A stretch of 64,000 nt of DNA, taken from positions 32,001 to 96,000 of the forward strand of contig CAVUWV010000028.1 in the NCBI GenBank assembly GCA_963745075.1, in the 5' to 3' direction. The notes below the pieces were generated by a model. That model searched no databases and was not told the DNA's origin. It saw nothing but the letters and a program-made list of their open reading frames with translations. This DNA is from Candidatus Hydrogenedentota bacterium (lineage in GTDB: Bacteria; Hydrogenedentota; Hydrogenedentia; Hydrogenedentales; SLHB01). The position numbers and the translations under genes were made by a program. Positions 41,587 to 51,320 of this stretch are shown piece by piece (the first letter of the stretch is position 1; every line of letters begins with the position of its first letter).

Positions 41587-42366
41587 TCACCACTTTTTGC
41601 GGACGGGGACTCCGGCCGTGTCGAGTTCTTCCTTGATTTGGGCGATGGTGTAGTCGCCGGTATGGGTCATGCTCGCGACGATGGCCGCGTCGGCGTGGGC
41701 TTTGACGAAGACGTCGATGAGGTGCTGCGGCGTGCCGGCGCCGCCCGACGCGACAACAGGAATGCCCACGTTGATCGCGATGAGCTTGGTAAGCGTCAGT
41801 TCGAAGCCGTCACGCGTGCCGTCCGCGTCAACCGAGTTGACGACGATCTCCCCCACGCCCAGATCTTCGGCACGTTTAGCCCACTCCAGCGCATCCATGC
41901 CGGTATGTTCACGGAATCCACGCGTGGTGATTTCGTAGCCGCTGGGGAACTTGCTCTTGTCGTCGGCACGGACAGGGTCCATGCCGAGAACAATGCATTG
42001 CGATCCGAAAATGCGTGCGCCTTCGCCGATGATCTTCGGATTCTTGACGGCAAGCGAGTTGACAGACACCTTTTCCGCGCCCGCGAGCAGCACTTTGTAC
42101 ATGTCATCGAGGTTTTCGATGCCGCCGCCGACGGCGAATGGGATGTGGACCACCTTCCCCACTTCCTCGACCATGCCGATGTCGATGGGCCGACGTTCGG
42201 CCGAGGCGGTAATGTCGTAGAAGACGAGTTCGTCCGCGCCGCCGTCGCTGTAGCGCACGGCCATTTCGATGGGATCGCCGAGATCGATGTTGTTTTGAAA
42301 CTTTACACCCTTGGTGACGATGCGGTTGCGCACGTCGAGGCAGGGCACGATACGTTTGGTCAGCAT
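41587..42366 (-). CDS. hisF: Imidazole glycerol phosphate synthase cyclase subunit
   Basis: MLTKRIVPCLDV, GADELVFYDITAS, GGGI, DADGTRDG and ASGGAG. Confidence 0.95.
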   Translation of the reverse strand: MLTKRIVPCLDVRNRIVTKGVKFQNNIDLGDPIEMAVRYSDGGADELVFYDITASAERRPIDIGMVEEVGKVVHIPFAVGGGIENLDDMYKVLLAGAEKVSVNSLAVKNPKIIGEGARIFGSQCIVLGMDPVRADDKSKFPSGYEITTRGFREHTGMDALEWAKRAEDLGVGEIVVNSVDADGTRDGFELTLTKLIAINVGIPVVASGGAGTPQHLIDVFVKAHADAAIVASMTHTGDYTIAQIKEELDTAGVPVRKKW

Positions 42367-42983
42367 GATCCGTCCCATTCCGTAAAATTCTTGAGCAACT
42401 GCATTCCGATGCGGCCGGAGCGTTCCGGGTGGAACTGCGTCGCAAAGAGGTTATCCTTGCATACCGCGGCGGCGAAGGTCACGTCTGCGTACTCTGTCTC
42501 GCCAGTAACGTGCGCGGCTTCCGCCGGCGACGGGTAGTAGCTGTGGATGAAGTAGAACTCGCTGTCGTCTTCGACGTCTTTGAACAGGGGGTGCGCCCGT
42601 TTGAACCGCATGGTGTTCCATCCCATCTGCGGGATTTTGCACAGCGGGTCCTTCGGCTTGAACCGGTGTACATTGCCCGGGATGAGGCCCATGCAATTAA
42701 CGCCGCCGTCTTCGTCGGAGTGATCGAAGATGACCTGGGTACCGAGGCAGATGCCGAGGACGGGCTTGCCCTGATCCACCGCGTTCCTCAATGGCTCGAC
42801 CAGGCCAAGTTCGTTCACGTGCTCCATGGCCGAAGCTGCCGCGCCGTCGCCGGGAAAAATAACGCGGTCGGCCTTGGCAATGGCCGCCGGATCGCGGGTA
42901 ATAGCGCATTCCACGCCGAGATGTTCAAGGGCAAGCCGTACGCTCGTGAGATTGCCCGCTTTGTAATCTACGATGGCTATCAC
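42360..42983 (-). CDS. hisH: Imidazole glycerol phosphate synthase glutaminase subunit
   Basis: GTG start VIAIVDYKAGNLTSV, GICLG, YFIHSY and QFHPE. Confidence 0.95.
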   Translation of the reverse strand: MIAIVDYKAGNLTSVRLALEHLGVECAITRDPAAIAKADRVIFPGDGAAASAMEHVNELGLVEPLRNAVDQGKPVLGICLGTQVIFDHSDEDGGVNCMGLIPGNVHRFKPKDPLCKIPQMGWNTMRFKRAHPLFKDVEDDSEFYFIHSYYPSPAEAAHVTGETEYADVTFAAAVCKDNLFATQFHPERSGRIGMQLLKNFTEWDGSC

Positions 42984-43050
42984 TTCTGGTCCTTTCGCCG
43001 AAACTATAGACTCATCACGTGCCAACTCGAACCAGGACAACTGAAGCCTT

Positions 43051-43209
43051 AACATCCCCCTTGATCCCCCTTCAAAGGGGGAATAATGCGACTCCAAAGC
43101 GTAGGTCTACTGAGAGCTAGATTGTTGCGGTCAAATACATCATTGATCCGACCGCGCCGCAAAGCGGCGTGCTGAATTCCCCCTTTGAAGGGGGATCAAG
43201 GGGGATGTT
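43051..43209. repeat. C5/G5-run inverted-repeat element, copy 3
   Basis: 34-bp perfect inverted arms (43051-43084 / 43176-43209). Confidence 0.9.
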
Positions 43210-43270
43210 CCTCCCGCTCGCAGTGTCCCCGTGCTGTATCCGTGTCTACGTTGGCTCGTTCTCAGTCGAT

Positions 43271-44245
43271 TCAGTTCTCCTCTTCATAGCGTTGCAATGC
43301 GCATCCGGCGGCACCGATGACGCCGGAATCGCCCCCGAGACCGGCGGGGACGATCTGCACGCGTTTCCCGGGGACGTCGAAGGACTGGGCCTGGGCCGTT
43401 TCCCGGACAGGTGTGAACAAGGCGTCGCCCGCGGCAATCATTCCGCCGCAGAGGACGACCATTTCGGGATTCAGCAGGTTAATGAGACTTCCGATGCCCG
43501 TACCCAGCCAGATGCCGGTCTCGTTCATAACCCAAGCCGCGAATTCGTCACCCTGAGCGATGGCGTCGGAAATCATTTTGCCATCGATCTTCTCCAGGTC
43601 GCCGTCGCACATCTTGGTGAGGATGGTCGGGCGGCCTGCTTCGATGCCTTCGAGGGCGGTCCGGACCATGCCCGTCACCGACGCGTAGCATTCGAGGCAG
43701 CCCTTCGCGCCGCAGTTGCATTGGCGACCGTCGCGCATGACGTTCAAGTGCCCGATTTCGGCAGCGGTTCCGTCGATGCCGCGGAGCAGACGGCCGAACA
43801 CAACAATGCCGCCGCCCACGCCCGTGCCCAGGGTCAGGCAGACCATGGAATCCACTTCCGTGCCCGCGCCGGACCAGAATTCGCCCCAGCAGGCCACATT
43901 CGCGTCGTTGTCGACGTAGGTCGGCACGTCCAGGCGTTCAGTCATCAGTTGACCAAGGGGGACATCTTTCCAGCCGGGAAGATTGGGCGGGCTGTACACG
44001 ATGCCGCTTTGCCAATTCATGGGGCCCGGCGCGCCGACGCCGACTGCGAGCAAATCGCTGGGATCCACCTCCGCATTTTCCATTGCCTGTTCCACGCTAG
44101 CGACCATCGTGTCGAGGACCGTATCGAGACCTTCGTCCGCCCGCGTGGGACGCGAGTCCTTGCCGAGCAGCCGGCCGTTGCGCGCCACGACGGCGGTTTT
44201 GACATTGGTTCCACCAAGATCGATTCCCGCTACCACGGAATTCAC
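43271..44245 (-). CDS. ROK-family kinase (glucokinase-like)
   Basis: GIDLGGT, DNDANVA, GTGVGGG, EIGH and CNCGAKGCLE. Confidence 0.92.
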   Translation of the reverse strand: MNSVVAGIDLGGTNVKTAVVARNGRLLGKDSRPTRADEGLDTVLDTMVASVEQAMENAEVDPSDLLAVGVGAPGPMNWQSGIVYSPPNLPGWKDVPLGQLMTERLDVPTYVDNDANVACWGEFWSGAGTEVDSMVCLTLGTGVGGGIVVFGRLLRGIDGTAAEIGHLNVMRDGRQCNCGAKGCLECYASVTGMVRTALEGIEAGRPTILTKMCDGDLEKIDGKMISDAIAQGDEFAAWVMNETGIWLGTGIGSLINLLNPEMVVLCGGMIAAGDALFTPVRETAQAQSFDVPGKRVQIVPAGLGGDSGVIGAAGCALQRYEEEN

Positions 44246-45723
44246 TACGCACTCTCCTTCAATTGCCGTACGTACTCCATTGCTGCATGCATCCGTCGCA
44301 GGGCCGCTTCCTGGCCCATTAACGCGGTGAGTTCAAACACGCCGGGACCGACGCTCTTGCCGGTCAAGGCCAGCCGCGTTGGGTGAACGAACTGTCCGAG
44401 GCCCGTGCCGGTGCGTTCCGCCAGCGCCTCGTACGCGGACTTGAGCGCGTCGTGGTCCCACGGGTCTACCGACTCCAAGGTCTCGATGATGAGTTGCATT
44501 CGTTCGACGCTGTCTTCTTTGGTCCATTGCTTTTTTACGGCCTTCTCTTCGTAGTCCGTGGGCTCGACGAAGAAGAAGTCCGTTTTCTCGACGATTTCAT
44601 TGAGGGTGGCGAGCTTTTCCTGGCAGATGGCGACCATCTCTGTCAGAAACTCGGGCGACTTGGAATCGGTGTCCAGCCCCGCCGCCTGGAGAATCGGGAT
44701 GACGCGGTCACGCAGATCTTCCACCGCGAGGTGGCGGATATGCTGGCCGTTCAACCACTGCAACTTCTTGAGATCGAACTTCGCAGCAGACTTTCCCCAG
44801 CGCCGCTCGTCGAAGGCGGCAACGAGTTCGTCGCGCGTGAAGAACTCCTTGTCCTCCTGCGACGGCCGCCAGCCGAGTAGCGCGACATAGTTGATCATGG
44901 TCTCCGGCAAATAGCCGTCGTTGCGCCAGTCCAACACGTTCGCGCCGTGCTCACGTTTGCTGTACTTCTTGCCGCGCTCATCCAGCACCATGGGCAGGTG
45001 CGCAAACTGCGGCCGTTCGTAGCCCAAGGCATCGAAGAGCATCACATGCCGGGCGGCATTCGTGAGGTGGTCGTCACCGCGAATGACATGCGTGATCTGC
45101 ATGGTAGCGTCGTCCACCACCACCGCGAGATGAAACACCGGATCGCCGTTGGGTTTCACGATAACGAAATCGTCGAATTCTTCGTTGGACACCTCGACCC
45201 GGCCCTGGACGATGTCGTCGATGATCGTGTTTCCATCCGGCACTTTGAAGCGAACGACGTATGGCGTATCCCCCTTCGCCGCGATTTCATCGGGGGTGAG
45301 GCGACTGCAACGGCCATCGTAGACGCGCTTGCGCTTTTGAGCCTCGGCCTCGGCGCGCATAACGTCCATATCCTCTTTCGTACAGAAACACTTGTAGGCT
45401 TTGCCCTCCGCAATCAATTGTTCGGCGGCTTCGGTGTGCAAGTGTTTGCGTTGGGACTGACGATAGGGACCGTGTTCGCCCTTCTGCGGCACATCGCCGA
45501 AGGGCGGCCCTTCGTCCCAATCGATCCCCAGCCAATGAAAGCCCTCGCACATGGCCTGCACGAAGGTCTCGTCGGTGCGGTCCGCATCGGTGTCTTCAAG
45601 ACGCAGGATGAATCTGCCGCCGTGTTTGCGGGCAAACAGCCAGTTGAACAAGGCCGTCTTGGCCGTGCCGATATGGAGAAACCCCGATGGACTCGGGGCG
45701 ATACGTACGCGTACGTTACTCAC
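44245..45723 (-). CDS. gltX: Glutamate--tRNA ligase
   Basis: RIAPSPSGFLHIG, RLEDTD, ITHVIRGDDH and KYSKR. Confidence 0.96.
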   Translation of the reverse strand: MSNVRVRIAPSPSGFLHIGTAKTALFNWLFARKHGGRFILRLEDTDADRTDETFVQAMCEGFHWLGIDWDEGPPFGDVPQKGEHGPYRQSQRKHLHTEAAEQLIAEGKAYKCFCTKEDMDVMRAEAEAQKRKRVYDGRCSRLTPDEIAAKGDTPYVVRFKVPDGNTIIDDIVQGRVEVSNEEFDDFVIVKPNGDPVFHLAVVVDDATMQITHVIRGDDHLTNAARHVMLFDALGYERPQFAHLPMVLDERGKKYSKREHGANVLDWRNDGYLPETMINYVALLGWRPSQEDKEFFTRDELVAAFDERRWGKSAAKFDLKKLQWLNGQHIRHLAVEDLRDRVIPILQAAGLDTDSKSPEFLTEMVAICQEKLATLNEIVEKTDFFFVEPTDYEEKAVKKQWTKEDSVERMQLIIETLESVDPWDHDALKSAYEALAERTGTGLGQFVHPTRLALTGKSVGPGVFELTALMGQEAALRRMHAAMEYVRQLKESA

Positions 45724-45808
45724 AACAAAGACTTTCGTAAAGTTCATGATGAACGGCCCGCCCATCTTCGGCGCCGACCATCGTTTGCTTAACGAACTTC
45801 CAACCGCG

Positions 45809-47522
45809 TTAGCTATTCCGCTTCTGGACGTTCGCCCAAGTGTCGCGCAAGGTCACCGAGCGGTTGAATACGGGTTTGCCGTCGGTGGAATCCGGGTCAA
45901 CGCAGAAGTAGCCTTTCCGCTCGAACTGGAACTGATCGCCGGATTTGGCTTCGGCAAGGCTCGGCTCCACCTTCGCTTCTGGAATCACCTGCAGGGAGTC
46001 GGGATTGAGGTAGTCGCGCCAATCCTCGTCTTCTTCCAAGGCGTTCAGGTTCTCAATGGTGAACAGCCGATCGTAGAGGCGGACTTCCGCGTCTAGGGCG
46101 TGATCGGCGGATACCCAGTGCAGCGTGGCTTTAACCTTGCGGCCGTCTGGCGGGTTGTTGCCGCCCTTGGTCTCCGGATCGTAGGTGCAGCGCAATTCGA
46201 TGACGTTGCCGTCGGCATCCTTTACGACCTCTTTGCAGGTAATCCAATAGGCGTACCGGAGGCGCACTTCCGCGCCCGGCGCCAAACGGAAGAATTTCTT
46301 CGGGGGATCCTCCATGAAGTCTTCCCGCTCGATAAACAGCGTCTTGCTGAACGGCACTTTTCGCGTGCCCGCACTCGGGATCTTCCGGATTGTTGACCGC
46401 CTCCATTTCCTCGACCTGGCCCTCGGGATAGTTCTCGATGACGACTTTCAGCGGATCGAGCACGGCCATCACACGGGAAGCGCGCTTGTTCAGGTCCTCC
46501 CGGAGACAGTACTCGAGTTGTCCAATCTCATTCATGCTGGCGGCCCGGGCGACGCCGATACGCCCGCAGAAGTCGCGGATCGCTTCCGGCGTGTAACCAC
46601 GACGACGGATTCCGGAAATGGTCGGCATGCGGGGATCGTCCCAGCCCTTCACGTGTCCTTCGTCCACCAGCGCGATGAATTTGCGCTTGCTCATCACGGT
46701 GTACGTGAGGTTGAGCCGGGCAAATTCCGTCTGTTCCGACGGGAAGATTCCCAAGGCCTGGATGTACCAGTTGTACAAGGGCCGGTGCACCTCGAACTCC
46801 AGCGTGCAAATCGAATAGGTGATGCGTTCAATCGAGTCGGACTGGCCGTGGGTGTAGTCGTAGGTCGGGTAAATGCACCACTTGTCGCCGGTCCGGTAGT
46901 GGCTCGCCTTAATGATGCGGTACATGACCGGGTCGCGCAGGAGCATGTTGGGATGGGACATGTCGATCTTGGCGCGAAGAACCTTGGTGCCCTCGTCGAA
47001 TTCGCCGGCGCGCATACGTTCGAAGAGATCCAGATTTTCCTCGGCCGAACGGTTCCGGTGCGGGCTTTCTTTGCCAACTTGGGTAATCGTGCCGCGGTGC
47101 TCGCTCACTTCTTCTGCGGTCAAGTCATCGACATAGGCCTTGCCGTCTTTAATGAGCTGAATGGCCCATTCGTAAAGCTGGTCGAAGTAGTCCGACGCGT
47201 AGTACTCGTGTTCGCCCCAATCGAAGCCCATCCAACGCACGTCCTGCTTGATGGAGTCCACGTATTCCTGCTTTTCGGTCAGGGGATTGGTGTCGTCGAA
47301 GCGGAGGTGGCACTCCCCGTTGAATTCTTCGGCGATTCCGAAGTTGAGGCAGAGGCTCTTCGCGTGGCCGATGTGGAGGTAGCCGTTCGGCTCCGGCGGG
47401 AAGCGCGTCGCCACACGGTTGTCCCACTTGCCCGTCTTCAAATCCTCGGCGACCATGGACCGGATAAAGTCCAATCCCGGTCCTTTGCGTTCCGTCGTTT
47501 CCGTTGTCGTCTCGTCAGCCAT
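45809..47522 (-). CDS. glnS: Glutamine--tRNA ligase; one indel at ~46378
   Basis: [20 protein letters not shown] and GWDDPRMPT. The C-terminal part ([14 protein letters not shown]) is in the next frame. Confidence 0.95.
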
Positions 47523-47732
47523 CTATCGTGACCTTTCAAGAAAATCGTCGTTTCCCGACCGCCCTGGGTCCGTGGAAAGCGGCTCTGATTGCCTGCGGAA
47601 TCCCTGTTAAACCCATGGAAAGACAGGGAAACGGTGATCATACACTTTTTGGGGTTTGGGTGCACGTTTGGGGAAGGCGGGAGTCCAAAAGCCGGAGGTT
47701 GGAGGACCTTGGGCAATCTCATGGTTAACTTG

Positions 47733-47833
47733 AGGACCGAAGGACATCAAGGACAACAGGGACAACAGGGACAGCAGCGACGGAACAAGTTAGGATGGAC
47801 ATACGTCGCTGACGTCCCTGATGTCTTTTGGTT
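47733..47833. repeat. Palindrome with 9-mer-repeat arms (GGACAACAG)n
   Basis: AGGACATCAAGGACAACAGGGACAACAGGGACAGCAGCGAC ... GTCGCTGACGTCCCTGATGTCTTTTG. Confidence 0.7.
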
Positions 47834-47838
47834 TGCCG

Positions 47839-48213
47839 TCAGTTCGACTCGTGGCCGGTATCGATGGACGTGATTTTGTTGTGGGCGTCCACATGCACGT
47901 TCTTGGCGACCCAGCCCTTGGCTTCTTCGGCATCGACCATGGCGTAGGTGAGCGCGATGATGATGTCGCCGACCTGACCGAGCCGGGCGGCGGGACCGTT
48001 GAGGCAGACGGTGCCACTCCCCCGCTCGCCTTCGATGATGTAGGTTTCGAAGCGGGCGCCGGTATTGACGTTCAGAATTTGTACCTTTTCGTGGATCAGC
48101 ATGTCGGCGGCCTCCATGAGATCGCGGTCCAGGGTAAGACTGCCCACGTAGTCGAGATCCGCCTCCGTGATGGTCGCGCGGTGTATCTTACTCTTCAGCA
48201 TTGTCAGCATCAT
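47839..48213 (-). CDS. panD: Aspartate 1-decarboxylase
   Basis: [12 protein letters not shown] self-cleavage site, RFETY and NGPAAR. Confidence 0.96.
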   Translation of the reverse strand: MMLTMLKSKIHRATITEADLDYVGSLTLDRDLMEAADMLIHEKVQILNVNTGARFETYIIEGERGSGTVCLNGPAARLGQVGDIIIALTYAMVDAEEAKGWVAKNVHVDAHNKITSIDTGHESN

Positions 48214-49055
48214 GATTCGATGACCTCGTATTGGATGTTGTCTATCAACCGTGCTTTCCCGACCCATGCCGCGGCAGCGAGTAGCACCTTTCCCTCGACG
48301 CGTTGGAGTGGTTGAATGGTATCCGCGTCGACCAGTTCGACGTAATCTATGTTCAGGCCGGCCATTTCCTGCCGGACGGTTTCGATGAGGCGCGTCGCGT
48401 CGCGTTCGCCTTCTTTCAACATCGTTTCCGCCTTAAAGAGTCCGCGCGATATGCCCAGCGCCTGTTTTCGCTCGTCGTCAGCGAGATACCGGTTACGCGA
48501 ACTCATGGCGAGCCCATCCGGTTCCCGCACCGTGGGGAGCTCGACAATCTCGATGTCGAAATCCAGATCCCGGGTCATCCGGCGTATGACGGCGCACTGC
48601 TGCCCATCCTTCTTGCCGAAATACGCACGATGCGGCAGAACGGCGTTGAACAATTTGGCAACGACGGTCGCCACGCCGCGAAAGAAGATGGGGCGGGATT
48701 TCCCGCAAAGACCTTCCGACAGGCCTTCAACGTTGACGTACGTGGCATAACCTTCGGGGTACAGGTTGTCCTTGTTGGGGGCGTAGATGACGGTCGTACC
48801 CAGTTGTTCGGCTTCGTGGCAATCGTGTTCAAAGGTGCGCGGATAGCTGTTGAAATCCTCGCTGGGCGCGAACTGCGTCGGATTCACGAAGATGCTCATG
48901 ACGGTCACGCGATTGTTTTCGACTGCGGCGCGCACGAGGCTGAGATGTCCTTCGTGCAGAGCGCCCATGGTCGGTACAAAGCCGATGGTTTCGCCCGCCG
49001 CGCGGCATTCCCGCGACCATGTCCGCATCTCGTCTTTGTCGCGGATGATCTTCAT
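48210..49055 (-). CDS. panC: Pantoate--beta-alanine ligase
   Basis: [29 protein letters not shown] and RLIDN. Confidence 0.96.
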   Translation of the reverse strand: MKIIRDKDEMRTWSRECRAAGETIGFVPTMGALHEGHLSLVRAAVENNRVTVMSIFVNPTQFAPSEDFNSYPRTFEHDCHEAEQLGTTVIYAPNKDNLYPEGYATYVNVEGLSEGLCGKSRPIFFRGVATVVAKLFNAVLPHRAYFGKKDGQQCAVIRRMTRDLDFDIEIVELPTVREPDGLAMSSRNRYLADDERKQALGISRGLFKAETMLKEGERDATRLIETVRQEMAGLNIDYVELVDADTIQPLQRVEGKVLLAAAAWVGKARLIDNIQYEVIES

Positions 49056-49849
49056 TCGAAGGAGTGTTCCTGCGAGGGAAATGCGCCCGATTTCACTTCC
49101 GCGACGTATTCGGTGAAGGCCTTCGACATCAGTGCGGCCGCGTCGCCGTAGACCTTCGCAAACTTCGTGTACTTGCCGAGCCCGAGCATGTCGTGCATCA
49201 CGAGAACCTGCCCGTCGCAGTGCGGGCCGGCGCCGATTCCGATGGTAGGAATCGAGACGGATTCCGTGATCTGTTTGGCGAGGGCCGCGGGGATGCATTC
49301 GAGCACGAGGCCGAAACAACCGGCTTCTTCCAGCCCCTTGGCTTCTTCCGTCAGCCGTTTCTTACTTTCGGGGTCGCGGCCTTGCACTTTGTAGCCACCG
49401 ATGAGATTCACCGACTGGGGTGTCAGACCGATGTGGCCCATGACGGGAATGCCGGCGTTAAGAATGGCCTGAATCGCAGGACCGAACTTCGAAGCGGGCC
49501 CTTCCAGCTTGACGGCCTGCGCGCCGCCTTCCGTTACGAGGCGACCCGCATTGCGTAGCGCTTCCTTTGGCGATACTTGGTAGGACATGAAGGGCAAGTC
49601 ACCGACTACGAGGGCGTTCTTGGTTGCGCGCGTCACCATGGCGGTATGATGTACCATCTGGTCCATCGTCACGGGCAGCGTATTCGGATGACCCATGACG
49701 ACCATGCCGCAGGAATCGCCGACGAGGATCACGTCGACGCCCGCCTGATCGATGAGTTTCGCGGTGGGATAATCGTATGCAGTCAGCACGGCGATTTTCT
49801 CGCCGGCCTTCTTTCGATCGCGCAGGGACACAGCGGTGACCCGTGCCAT
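49052..49849 (-). CDS. panB: 3-methyl-2-oxobutanoate hydroxymethyltransferase
   Basis: TAYD, LVGDS, VKLEG, GHIGLTPQS, IGIGAG and DGQVLV. Confidence 0.96.
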   Translation of the reverse strand: MARVTAVSLRDRKKAGEKIAVLTAYDYPTAKLIDQAGVDVILVGDSCGMVVMGHPNTLPVTMDQMVHHTAMVTRATKNALVVGDLPFMSYQVSPKEALRNAGRLVTEGGAQAVKLEGPASKFGPAIQAILNAGIPVMGHIGLTPQSVNLIGGYKVQGRDPESKKRLTEEAKGLEEAGCFGLVLECIPAALAKQITESVSIPTIGIGAGPHCDGQVLVMHDMLGLGKYTKFAKVYGDAAALMSKAFTEYVAEVKSGAFPSQEHSFE

Positions 49850-49861
49850 AATTCGGTCCTC

Positions 49862-49917
49862 CTGAACCGTGACGTTCCCGTCCCGGTCCCTTGTGGGCTC
49901 CAAGCGGAGCGGTTCAG
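49862..49917 (-). promoter_or_regulatory. Candidate structured cis-regulatory RNA (four-way junction) overlapping the panB RBS
   Basis: CUGAACCG[CUCC-gcuu-GGAG][CCC-acaa-GGG]accgg[GACG-GGAA-CGUC]aCGGUUCAG, then GAGG...AUG. Confidence 0.5.
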
Positions 49918-49939
49918 TGGTCCAATCAATCGCGCGTTT

Positions 49940-50452
49940 TCAGTCCGATGACCGGTTGGCCGATTCCTCTGGTTCGTACACCCGGACCCAATTCTGGTCC
50001 TGGCAGGCGGCGGCCAGATCTTCAACCGTCGCTCCGGTCACGGGGTCGATTGCATGGCCGGCGATTTCTACCAGCGGCTGCAACACGAATGCCCGGTCCC
50101 GAAACCGGGGGTGCGGAACGGTCAATTCGTCCGATTCCACGACCCGATCACCGTAGAGCACGATGTCGATATCGATAAGGCGGGGCCCCCAACGCGCGGC
50201 GGGTTCCCGGCCCATTTGGCGCTCCGTTTCCTTCAGGACCGTGAGAAGTTCAAGCGGCGCAAGATCCGTCTCGATTTCTGCGGCCAGATTCAGAAACGGC
50301 GGCTGTTCGATATCGCCAACCGGCTCAGTCTCATAAATCCGCGACGCGCCCAGAAGACGGCACCGGCTACGGCTATCCATCCTGGATAAGGCCCGCTGAA
50401 GGTTGGCCTCGCGGTCCCCCAAATTGGAACCCAGACTGAGGTGTACGCGCAT
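49940..50452 (-). CDS. folK: 2-amino-4-hydroxy-6-hydroxymethyldihydropteridine diphosphokinase
   Basis: LSLGSNLGDR, YETEP, FLN, WGPRLIDIDI and PHPRF..RAFVL. Confidence 0.95.
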   Translation of the reverse strand: MRVHLSLGSNLGDREANLQRALSRMDSRSRCRLLGASRIYETEPVGDIEQPPFLNLAAEIETDLAPLELLTVLKETERQMGREPAARWGPRLIDIDIVLYGDRVVESDELTVPHPRFRDRAFVLQPLVEIAGHAIDPVTGATVEDLAAACQDQNWVRVYEPEESANRSSD

Positions 50453-50562
50453 CGCCTTCAGCTTCCCGGTAACAGCCCGTTGCCCGTCGCAAAAACAGAT
50501 CATTGGTAGAATAGCAGCTTGAACCACGTCAACGCAACCGAATTACGATGGCCGAACAGGAC

Positions 50563-50941
50563 TTACGCATCCGCGAGCGAGATGGTTACCATTTCCCCGG
50601 CCTGGATGCGGGCGATTTCCCGGGGATCGCCGACGATACGGCCGAGCCGGTTGACGGCAGTGACCAATCGGCACTCGTCGCCTTGTGAGACGGGAGTCGG
50701 GCCATATGGCAGGGCGAGCGAGTTGCCCTGGACCCAATAGCAGATGGTTCCCGGGTCCACCACATCGGTGGCATCGTCATCGAGAACGTCCGCCATTTAT
50801 CGGTAAATCAAAGTATACCTCCTCGCCCCAAGTATTTGCTTCCGAAGTGCAGGGGAGGGCATCGAGCACGAGTTTTGTCATTTTGGTATCGTCCAGTTCA
50901 GCAATAAGTTTCACACTCGCTGTTGCAATCTGGATCTTCAT
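50563..50941 (-). CDS. Cyclophilin-like fold protein (DUF369/TM1367-like); indel at ~50795
   Basis: MKIQI...LDALPCTSEANTWGEEVYF | PGTICYWVQGNSLALPYGPTP...VNRLGRI; GAGGAG RBS. Confidence 0.8.
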
Positions 50942-50966
50942 TGTCTTAGTCTCCTCGATTATTATG

Positions 50967-50984
50967 AGTAATTTATCAATTACT
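50967..50984. promoter_or_regulatory. AT-rich operator-like palindrome
   Basis: AGTAATT-TATC-AATTACT just upstream of the RBS. Confidence 0.5.
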
Positions 50985-51131
50985 TAATTTGTGAGCGCAT
51001 TAGACGACGAAACCCGCCTGAGGGACGAAAGGGATTCATTATGGCACAGTCCTGTGGGAGATCCTACCAGTGGATTAGCGCGGTACGCGGAGTTCGGTGC
51101 GCACCGGTGCTGGCATGCGCGGAAAGGGACT

Positions 51132-51293
51132 GGGCAAGGGCAACCCAAGTTGCGGACGGGGTCGCCCTTGCCCCGCTTAGGAGGTAAAACGTACAGGCTT
51201 GCTCAGCCTATCCGCCCGGTGGTTCAGTGGATAGCAAACCCCTGAAGCCACCTTGGAGTTCTCGGTTCGTCGACCCTTCCAAGAATCACTCCA
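51132..51293 (-). ncRNA. Putative sigma54-dependent small RNA (4 hairpins, exposed anti-SD)
   Basis: Hairpins at 51254-51293, 51218-51252, 51195-51209 and 51132-51173, with single-stranded UUUUACCUCCUAAG. The 5' end coincides with the predicted sigma54 +1. Confidence 0.6.
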
Positions 51294-51303
51294 GGTATGA
51301 GGG

Positions 51304-51320
51304 AGCAGGTTACATGCCAA
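51304..51320 (-). promoter_or_regulatory. Sigma54 (-24/-12) promoter
   Basis: The minus strand reads TTGGCATGTAACCTGCT (GG-N10-GC). Confidence 0.7.

Noticed and set aside
42984..43097. N-terminal extension of HisH (SPFEGGSRGM...) and the same peptide in ORFs near 15800 and 43170
   Set aside because: This is translation of the repeat arm. The real hisH start is the GTG at 42983, which has an RBS.
51008..51032. Hammerhead-like CTGAGGGA..CGAAA
   Set aside because: It does not fit the CUGANGA core and lacks the three stems.
51175..51200. Plus-strand small ORF after the strong SD AGGAGGT
   Set aside because: There is no start codon at proper spacing (AAAACGTA). It is better explained as the anti-SD of the minus-strand RNA.
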